Below, in pieces: positions 55,124 to 64,000 of a DNA stretch of 64,000 bases. A model generated the notes under the pieces. That model saw only the letters and a list, made by a program, of their open reading frames with translations. It searched no databases and was not told where the DNA came from. The DNA lies in assembly GCA_951406725.2 (NCBI GenBank), contig OX597814.1, positions 49,042,001-49,106,000 of the forward strand, in the 5' to 3' direction. This stretch comes from Octopus vulgaris. Lineage: Eukaryota. Numbering within the stretch: position 1 is the stretch's first letter; each line of letters opens with the position of its first letter. The position numbers and the translations under genes are program-made.

Positions 55124-55957
55124 CGCACACGCATATATCCATTCATATGTATGAGAGAAAGGAAATACACTTACAATGCCATACATGTGTGTTAATGTGT
55201 ATATTTACGTATATGTTTACATGCTTGTTTATGTGTGTGTCTAATTATACATGAAATTGTGTCATCATCATCATATTTATATAAGGATTTCATGGAGAAA
55301 AGTAAGGAAGTTATACTGATTAAAATTTCCTTCAAGAACATAGCTCTAAATACTTCACAAATGTTACACAACATATATATATATATGATATATATTGTGT
55401 AACATATATATATGTGTGTGAGTGTGTGTTTATATATATATATATATATATACATACATATACATACATATATATATATATACACACGAGGTTTTACTTA
55501 GTCTAAATATTTTAGGAGTATATTACAGGGAAATGTTTTTAAAAAAATAATCTGTAAAACATACATAAAAAATATGAATTAAAAGGAAGTTTTGATAACT
55601 TCTGATGAAATAATTCAATTTTTGTCAAAGGTTATTACCTTTTTCCTCTAAAAATTGTATTTACTAACATATGTAATACAAATTATGAATTAACTGTTCT
55701 GGTTTGAATGTAAATGAATCTTTCAGTGGGCATGTTTCTCTTTTCTGCCTCAAATGGGTGCTTATAATGTCTAATATCCTATGTATCAATGTAAACGTCA
55801 ATCTGCATTAAAAAAAATCATCTCTGTAAATACATAATTTAGTTCAATTTATATGTGTAAGGGTCTGTGTATGTATGCATGAATAGTGGTGACATGTTTA
55901 AGTGGGTGACAAACTTCATAGGTCATGACTTTCTTACATTAATATCTTTGGATAGGA

Positions 55958-56170
55958 AGGCGGTTAGCTGGCATAAACGTTAACATGCTGGGCAAAATGC
56001 TTAGCAGTGTTTCATCTGTCTTTACATTCTGAGTTCAAATTCCGCCGAGGTAGACTTTGCCTTTAATCCATTCAGGGTCGATAAATTAAGTACCAGTTGC
56101 ATTCTGGGGTCGATCTAATCGACTAGCTCCCTACCCCAAAATTTTGGGCCTTGTGCCTAGAGTAGAAAAG
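55958..56170 (+). mobile_element. MetaSINE-like tRNA SINE
   Basis: 17-bp TSD AATATCTTTGGATAGGA at 55941-55957 and 56171-56187. Confidence 0.88.
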
Positions 56171-56424
56171 AATATCTTTGGATAGGATATCTCTTTTTGC
56201 AAGCCTTACTTTGTCTATTCTTCAGTGAGTGTTATCATTGATAGGGTGACTTACAAGGGAAGTTCTTTAACATATATAGCATTAATATTGCAGAAACCAA
56301 CATTAAATGCAACCAAGGAGTTTTGCAGGCATAGCTCTTATTCATTCATGTCATTATATAAACGAATGTGTGAGTGTAAGGTCTAATAACAGCATTACTT
56401 GATATACCTTTGTCATAAAGACTT

Positions 56425-56635
56425 CAAATTTTGGCACTAGACCAGCAAATTCAAGAGAAGGGAAAAGTTGATTACATTTGACCCCAGAGGTCACCTGGTA
56501 CTTATTTTATCAACCCTAAAGGGATGAAAAGCAAAGCTGGCCTCAGTGGAGCTTGAACTCAGAGTATAAAGATAGACAAAATGCTGCTAAGCATTTTGCC
56601 CAGCATGCAAATGAGTCTGCCTGTTCACCACCTTA
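56425..56635 (-). mobile_element. MetaSINE-like tRNA SINE, inverted relative to 55958-56170
   Basis: CTGGTACTTATTTTATCAACCC...GAACTCAGAG...CTGCCTGTTCACCACCTT, the reverse complement of the family consensus. Confidence 0.78.
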
Positions 56636-56671
56636 ATAATACGCTTGTCATTATAAATAAGTTAAAAGGTT

Positions 56672-56722
<51 letters not shown>

Positions 56723-56761
56723 CACATACATACTTTATTTAAAAGTAGCAGAATAATCACA

Positions 56762-56799
56762 AAAACTGTTACTCAGAGTTTCACGTTCCCGTTTGTTAG
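56762..56799 (-). ncRNA. Degenerate minimal hammerhead ribozyme motif, likely inactive
   Basis: Minus strand: CTAACAA-ACG GGAA CGT-GAAAC TCTGA GTA-ACAG versus consensus CUGANGA-stemII-GAAA-stemIII-UH. Two core substitutions; stem I is broken. Confidence 0.55.
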
Positions 56800-57345
56800 A
56801 ATAGAACAGAAATGACGATATAATCAAGCAAAGACAAAAAAGACTAGTTTAAAGGATACACCTTTGAAAATGGTTTTGTTTCATTGGTCCTTTCACCTAA
56901 TGGCCTTAAGCATGCAATGAACAAAATAAATTCAATATAAATTCATCCTATTGTAAAATCAAAGAAAACCTTGACTTGAAGGAGGGATTCCAAATACATA
57001 TGGTAAATAATCATATACGAAATATAAGTCAATTAATACATTAAAATTTAAATTAAAAATTTTCATGCTGTATTACATTTTAATTTTAATTTTAATGTGT
57101 TAATTGACTTATGTTTCATAAATGGTTATTTACCATATGCATTTGGAATCTCTCCTTTGATTCAGGGTTTTCTTTGATTTTACAATAGGATGAATTTATA
57201 TTAATTTATTTTATTCATTGCATGCTTAAGACCGTTAGTTGAAAGGCCCAATGCAACAAAACCATTTTCAAAGGTGTATCCGTTAAACTAGTTTTTTTGT
57301 TGTTTTTGGTTGATTATATCGTCATTTCAGTTCCATTCTAACGAA
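56792..57345. repeat. Long inverted repeat (~270-bp arms, 16-nt loop), probably a Penelope-like inverted pLTR remnant
   Basis: 56792-57060 is the reverse complement of 57077-57345 with scattered mismatches (e.g. GGATACACCTTTGAAAATGGTTTTG / CAAAACCATTTTCAAAGGTGTATCC). Confidence 0.92.
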
Positions 57346-57376
57346 ATGCGGAATAGCTGAAACAGATGAAGGGGAA
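57331..57376 (+). ncRNA. Degenerate minimal hammerhead ribozyme motif, likely inactive
   Basis: TTCCATT-CTAACGA-AATGC GGAATA GCT-GAAAC AGAT G(-)A-AGGGGAA. Stem I pairs 6/7; G5A core change; U16.1 missing. Confidence 0.5.
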
Positions 57377-57512
57377 TATTCTTTATGTTGCATGTCTCAT
57401 TTCTCTGTTCTTTTTGTTGTTCAAAAAAAAGTTGTTTTCTATTTTTTGTTTTTATGTTTTCGTTTCTTATTGTGTTCAACGTTTGTTTTATGTCCTGTAT
57501 CCATATATGCAT

Positions 57513-57739
57513 GTAAGGCGGTGAGCTGGCAGAATCGTTAGCACGCAGGGCGAAATGCGTAGCCGTATTTCGTCTGCTATCATGTGTTCTGGGTTCAAAT
57601 TCCGCCGAGGTCGACTTTGCCTTTCATCCTTTCGGGATCGATAAATTAAGTACCAGTTACGCACTGGGGTCGATATAATCGACTTAATCCCTTTGTTTGT
57701 CCCCTCTATGTTTAGCCCTTTGTGGGTAGTAAAGAAATA
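57513..57739 (+). mobile_element. MetaSINE-like tRNA SINE
   Basis: 11-bp TSD CATATATGCAT at 57502-57512 and 57740-57750. Highly similar to 39944-40180. Confidence 0.9.
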
Positions 57740-57890
57740 CATATATGCATATATATATACATATATATATATATATATGCAAAGCTAGAACATCTCAATG
57801 CTACACATATGTATACCTGAACATTTGTAGAGCCACATTTGGAATAAAAAATGCACATTCTCCGCTTTACCTTCAAACATTCAATTTTCA

Positions 57891-57892
<2 letters not shown>

Positions 57893-57987
<95 letters not shown>

Positions 57988-58045
57988 TATGTATGTATGT
58001 ATGTATGTATGTATGTATGTATGTATGTATGTATATGTATGTATA
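57893..58045. repeat. Compound microsatellite (TA)n(TG)n(TATG)n
   Basis: Read directly. Confidence 0.98.
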
Positions 58046-58820
58046 TGAGTACAGTACAGCTCCCACGTCAGTAGCAAGCCATAAAAGAGAACATAAGTCA
58101 TCTATTTCATCTGAAGATTGGGTGGCACCTTGTAGCCATATCTTAGCTCTCTGTACTCAGGGATACAGTAAAATTGTCAATAGAAGGATGTTGCATAGCT
58201 AACGATGTGCGAGAGTCATAGGCCAATGGTTTGAAGGTTATTGCAGCTAAGGAGAAGATCTGCACCATCAGACAAAGACTGGTGTCAGCTAGCAAGTTGA
58301 GCTGCTACTGCAGGGCATTCTCATTGTATTCTTGTACACCACCTGCTACTTGGAGTGAAGTCCCAGAGAGACAGTCTGGTGGGAGCACAACAACAACTGC
58401 CTTACTCACCAACCAAAGACATTTTGTTCTGAGCAGAAGTTAATGTTAGGCTATGACAGACAACTGGCACCACCAATTATATATGTGACCAAGTAGGTAA
58501 ATTACCAATAATTGTCCTTGAATGGATCTAATCCAATTCACAGTGAACAACAGTTAGAAAAGGAAATTGTAAAGGACTAGTCCTACTGTCTTCATCATTA
58601 ATAGGAAAACCCACAGAATATTAATAATATTGCATTGTGTTTGCAATAGAGAAGGAGCAAGCTGCCATTATGTACAATATAATGCTGATCATTATATTGT
58701 ACATATGCACGTGATTCAGGGTAATAAGATTACAGCACACCAGTCATTGTTGATATAGGGATTGCTATTCCATTACAAAAAGAAAACATTATTATACAAT
58801 AGTGCCAACAGACAGTGCAT

Positions 58821-58821
<1 letters not shown>

Positions 58822-58882
<61 letters not shown>

Positions 58883-58942
58883 ACTCATACATACATACAT
58901 ACATACATACATACATACATACATACATACATACATACATAC
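58822..58942. repeat. Compound microsatellite (CA)n(CATA)n
   Basis: Read directly. Confidence 0.98.
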
Positions 58943-59229
58943 ATGTGTGTGTGTTTAAGTGTATGTGTGTTTTTGTGTTTATATGTGTACATGTAATAAA
59001 ATAATACCAGATGTTGCCTGGGAAATAAGGGATGCAGTTGGTGGCCAAGCCAATCTGTTGAATAGGAATCATTGTAATTCTGCTTAAATTTATATTTTTG
59101 AGCACAATGTGTATATTATTATGTAACAGATATACACATAACTGTTTTACTTCTGGAAATATTACTCATGTTTCAATAAAATATTGTAAACAGAAATATC
59201 ACCCCAGTTGTAACAATTCCATCATTATA

Positions 59230-59945
59230 CAGGGTGTATAAGGTATTTGAGGACATACCTTTTTGGGTCATTGCTGCATTATTTTGCTAACTCTGTATAA
59301 TCTTTGTTTCAGAAAATAATAATGGCAGACCCTCAGCTTACTCTAGAAATGAAGAAGCATGGTTTTAGGAGCTATCAGCAGCGAAGAACATGTGATGCCT
59401 CCTTACTTCTTCCTACAAGGCCTTAGAGTTAACTCTTCCACCTACACTGAGGTCCTGAAAATAATTGTTAAGCCCTGGATAGACAGTGTATACAATGGAA
59501 GGCCATATGTGTTTCAGTAAGACTCTGCACTATCACACATGGCTCTAGTAGCACAGGAATGGACAGCTGAAAAGTTTCATGATCACATAACCCCTAACAT
59601 TTGGCCTCCTAATTCCCCAGGTCTCAATTCATTGGACTATTACATGTGGAGCATTGTTGAGAGAGAGAGAGAGGTCAATGAACATACCCATAACACCAAA
59701 GATTCTTTGAAAGCTGCCATAGTCAAAGTAATGTCCAAAATGAACCAGAACCACTTGATTCAAGCATGTAGATGATTTAGATCTCATATAGAAGCAGTTG
59801 TTGAAGCTGAAGGTGGCTTTATTGAATAACATTATAGAAAAGAAGGTTTATTTTTATCCTCATAGAATTTTTGATAAATAAAGTTATCTGTTATTATATA
59901 TCTGTTTTTTATAAACATAAATCTGTCCTCAAATATCTTACATTG
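59230..59945 (+). mobile_element. Internally deleted Tc1/mariner element (maT/DD37D-like)
   Basis: YVFQ*DSA...IWPPNSPGLNSLDYYMWSIVE. TIRs ta|CAGGGTGTATAAGGTATTTGAGGACA and TGTCCTCAAATATCTTACATTG|ta. Confidence 0.82.
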
Positions 59946-61136
59946 TATGTACACATAGATATTTATATTTGTGTTTATACATACGTATACATACATATAT
60001 GCATACACACACACACAAACACATAAATTTACTAAAACCGCCAAATGGTTAATTACTTTTTGAAGTCTGATGTTCATGCTGATAAACACAGTCTGGTCCA
60101 TATTTTACATTGCTTGGAGTTTCTATCTATTACAATGGAGCACCATTGACATACATAGTGATATGGATATTCTCGACAGAAAAATATGTAATCGTATTGA
60201 TAATCTTGATTGTATGTTTTAATTTTTGTCTGTTTATTACTAGGCACAGTTTTAAGTTTGTCGTACTATTTGCACCAATTTCGAACATTGGCTTCTTTAA
60301 CATTAAAATACTATTGTCATGTTCAAATGCATATTCAACATATTTTATTTCTCCTTCACAGTAAACAATTCATACGTTCTGCCCATACTGACAATAATGG
60401 AAATGACAAATTTTTGCTTGACATTTTATAGGTGTGAAAGGGATTAAAATTTTCGATACTCCATATCAAAGGTTCCCACAAGAATAGGTGGAAAAGAATT
60501 TTGTTTACATAATCAGTCTGATCAGTCACCTTCCTCTGTCGGTTGAGTAAAGTGTCATCTAAGCTGATGTTTATTGGTAAATAAACTTAATTTGCAACAC
60601 CTGTGAGTATTTATCAGCTTTATTTTGGTTAGTAATTTTTATCAACAACTTTTCATCTGATCGAGATTTGAGAAGACATACAGCAGTGTGCTAAAGATCG
60701 GACATAATCTTTTGTGGGCAAGAAATGTAAAATAAAGTTTATTATAAACAACACAAACATTTTGTAATTCAATAGCTTTCAATGTGATACCTGTTAAACA
60801 GAAATTATTTTTATGTATTGAAAATTTAATAAAATCTAATCATAAGTAAGTGAAATTATGCTAAATACAACTAAATTGAAAACCTTTTCCCTTGGCTGTA
60901 TTAGTAATTCTGAAAACTTTGGGGTGCAAATTTTACATGAGTAGAAGCTTTTTTTAACAAATTCTGAAAATCACCTGCTTAAATTACACAGGTGCGCAAA
61001 TTACATGGGTTTTTACGGTGTACACACACACACACACACACACAGAATATATGGTTGAGCTGTGCAATAAATGTCCTGCTTTACTGTTTCCATTTTTTAT
61101 GTATTTTCTGGATTTTGTTTCTGAAATTTGTTTTAA

Positions 61137-61356
61137 CCCTTTAGAATTCACATTCCTCTGTCAAATGTGACACTTATTCATTTACATTGTTTTGAATTAA
61201 TTACACATTATCTCGTAGCTTCAAATTTTCAATATGCATTTGTTTGTTTTTAAGATGACATTGTAGGTTAGGTGTGAGAGGCCAAACCTGGTCAGTTTGA
61301 ACATGAAACAAGAAGAATAGTTTGACTGGATATGGCTGTTTTAAATGCAAGAAGAT
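61137..61356 (-). mobile_element. piggyBac-type MITE, same family as 52118-52338
   Basis: ttaa|CCCTTTAGAATTC start. Internal sequence is reverse-complement-similar to 52118-52338. Confidence 0.72.
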
Positions 61357-61399
61357 TAGCAACAGAGATCAAGATTGTGTGAAAAAAGAAAAAAATTCA

Positions 61400-62260
61400 T
61401 GGTGTGAGTGTGTAGTAAGAAGCTTCCTTCCCAATCACATGGTTCTATATTCAGCCCCATTGCAAGGCACTTTGGGCAAGTGTCTTTTGCTATAGCCTCA
61501 GGCTAACCAAAGCCTTGTGAGAGAATTTGGTAGATGGAAATTGAAAGAAGCCTGTCAATCGTGCCGGTGGCACATAAAAGCACCATCCGTTCGTGGCCGC
61601 TGCCAGCCTCGCCTGGCCCCCATGCATGTAAAAAAGCACCATCCGTTCGTGGCCGTTTACCAGACTCGTCTGGCACCACCATCCATTTGTGGCTGTTGCC
61701 AGCGCCGCGCCGACTGGCCTCGTGCCGGTGGCACATAAAAAGCACCATCCGTTCATGGCCGTTGCCAGCCTCGCCTGGCCCCGTGCCGGTGGCATGTAAA
61801 AAGCACCATCCGTCCGTGGCCGTTTGCCAGCTCTGTCTGGCACCTGTGCAGGTGGCATGTAAAAAGCACCCACTACACTCACGGAGTGGTTGGCGTTAGG
61901 AAGGGCATCCAGCCGTAGAAACACTGCCAGATCAGACTGGGCCTGATGCAGCCTTCTGGCTTCACAGACCCCAGTTGAACCGTCCAACCCATGCTAGCAT
62001 GGAAAGCAGACACTAAATGATGATGATGATGATGTATGTATATGTGTGTGTGTGACTGTGTTTGTCCCCACCCAGTACTTGACAAGTTGTGTTAGTTTGT
62101 TTACATCCCCATAACCTATTGGTTTGCCAAAAGAGACCAATAGTATAAGTTGCAGGCTTTAAAAAATAAGTACCAGGGATGATTCATTTGACTAAAAGTC
62201 CTTCAAGGGGGTGCCCCAGCATGACTGCAGTTTAATGACTGAAACAAATAAGAGATAAAG
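61400..62260 (+). mobile_element. CORE-type SINE split by an RTE 3'-end insertion (~61557-62033) with ~60-bp tandem repeats
   Basis: SINE head 61400-61556 and SINE tail 62040-62260. Between them lie repeated GTGCCGGTGGCACATAAAAGCACCATCCGTTCGTGGCCG units and a (GAT)n tail. Confidence 0.82.
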
Positions 62261-62812
62261 CCAGTTTTCTTTGTTTTTCTTGTTGTTTTTTCAGTTATTT
62301 GCCTTATATATGCAACGCCAATCCAGTGAATCTCAAAGTGAGCAGTAACAACTTCTGGGGTGGGTAAAAGATTTTATATGGCTACTGAGAACAAAGGGAT
62401 AAATAGGGAAATGGTGGCTACATCTGTGCAGTTTTTGTGCTTTGAGTCTTTGTTTTCTATTTCAATACTCACTTTAAAAGAATTTTAATGTAATATTATG
62501 ATAAACTACATGTTAGCCAAAATCACAACAATGACATTTACTATAACGACGACATCAAACAATCTATAACAATAGACTTCAAAATGTGATTAAGTAAATA
62601 AACAAAACCGAATATATGAAGCTGTGAAAATATTTTCAATAAAACTTTTAACCGAACCGAATTTTCAAAAATATCTTTGGTTCATATTCTGTGTGTGAAT
62701 TATCTGATAATATTAGTAGTGAAAATCCTTTTTTGTCATTCCAGATAATTGCATAGAACAATATAATTTCAAACTATATTGCATTGATGGAGTGACCTAT
62801 GTGCAAATAGAT

Positions 62813-63254
62813 TATTTTCCTTAATCATTTGCACAGTGATCACGATAAGCTGTAAGCTTATGAAAAAATTACCATTATTATTATTATTTACGGAATTGTA
62901 AAACTCAACACCACTTAACAAAACTATTTGCACTGAAAGCACATAAAGTTTGTTTACAAAAACAACTACAAACTAAAATAATTCTTAAATTTGCCAGAGA
63001 GGAGCAGGATGGCTCACTGGTGTAATCGGTAACACACTTAGCCACATTAACAAAGGGTTGTGGGTTAGAATCCCATGTGTACGGGAAAGCCTACTTTCTT
63101 CTGTCAACGCCCCATTATTACACTATTTTCCTTAGTCATTTAATGGTGATTGCTGTAAGCTTTAAGCTTATAAAAAAAATACCATTGTTATTATTTGCAG
63201 AATTGTAAAACTCGACACCGCTTAACAAAACCATTCACACCGAAAGTACATAAA
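62813..63254 (+). repeat. ~135-bp diverged direct repeats flanking a tRNA-like segment
   Basis: 62813-62947 resembles 63124-63254 (TATTTTCCTTA...GAATTGTAAAACTC...CTTAACAAAAC...GAAAG-ACATAAA). Confidence 0.8.
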
Positions 63255-63872
63255 CTACATAAAGTATATCTATGTCTTATCAAATCATCCCCAAAGTGTT
63301 ATTAATGGGGTAGTCAAAGGAGTATCAATAAGAATCTCTAACTTACCTACAAACGAAATAATTTTTTATAACTTTGCACCCTTTTATAATACAGCATTGA
63401 AGGACAGTGGATTCAATAGGAAGATATATTAAGAATACAATATTTAAAAATAAATTAGGTAAACATTTTCCAAATCTTGTGAAATTAAACATTGACATCC
63501 CTCCCATGAACAAACTCCCTCACCCCCGAGCATCAGAACCAACACCATAATAGAAGACACTATAATTCATTTAATTATAATAACTACACTGAGCAGAGAA
63601 GGAACAACTCAATGAGGAAACAGGAAATTATTTGGTTTATTCCTCCTTTTATGCTCCAAGTCGGAAACTTTCCTAAATTATTTTTTGGGGATTATTGACA
63701 CGAATTTTCCATTAGGCCATAAATATAATTCCATCTTTAATCCTGCCTTAAATGGCTGTCAGGCTTTACACCTGCTCAAGATTCCTTTTAAAATCATTTT
63801 ATATCAACTTGCTCATTTATTTGAATTACCACTGTACATTCAGGCAACGGTCGCGAAACGGAAGGTTCTCTT

Positions 63873-64000
63873 ACATGCCACCGGCACTGGTAACACATCT
63901 GCAATTTCCATTGATCGATTTTGATTCTGAGGCAAGTGAGGATCAGAATCGAAATCGATCAATGGAAATTGCAGATGTGTTACCAGTGCCGGTGGCATGT
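63873..64000. repeat. Near-perfect palindrome (58-bp arms, 12-nt loop) of RTE 3'-UTR-like sequence, truncated by the window edge
   Basis: 63873-63930 versus 63943-64000 with one mismatch; loop GGCAAGTGAGGA. Confidence 0.93.

Noticed and set aside
57745-59105. Stack of overlapping ORFs (YIYI, CVCV, HTHT, MYVC)
   Set aside because: Translations of stop-free microsatellites. The same applies to 45035-45585, 49703-50035 and 55001-55485.
61560-61860. Repeat-spacer-like array resembling CRISPR
   Set aside because: The units are degenerate tandem repeats of an RTE 3' UTR. Inter-repeat segments are homologous to each other, there are no cas genes, and the context is eukaryotic.
63011-63080. Functional tRNA gene
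   Set aside because: A and B boxes are present, but the acceptor and anticodon stems do not pair convincingly and there is no oligo-T terminator.

Overview
AT-rich, repeat-dense metazoan genomic DNA. The SINE, RTE-LINE and microsatellite landscape suggests a coleoid cephalopod, probably Octopus (inference from recognised repeat motifs, no database search). The only host protein-coding gene I can support is the 5' part of a BRPF1/peregrin orthologue on the minus strand. It has two coding exons (12747-12103 and 1701-845) and a probable non-coding first exon with a CpG-rich, possibly bidirectional promoter near 26.5-27.4 kb. Intron 2 holds a full-length decayed Ty3/Gypsy element interrupted by a TTAA-flanked piggyBac, which itself carries a retroposon tail; a SINE sits in the Gypsy 5' LTR. 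The rest is decayed RTE LINEs, an Academ-like (XPG) transposon, mariner/maT fragments, hAT and piggyBac-type MITEs, and many tRNA-derived SINEs. The most unusual structures are three fold-back palindromes. One has ~270-bp arms whose outer ends both run into degenerate hammerhead-ribozyme motifs (56.76-57.38 kb). One has 73-bp arms whose apex carries a locally templated ~325-bp inverted insertion flanked by a 26-bp direct repeat (48.78-49.27 kb). One is a near-perfect 58-bp snap-back at the window edge. I see no prokaryote-type system (CRISPR, operons) and no convincing novel protein-coding system.
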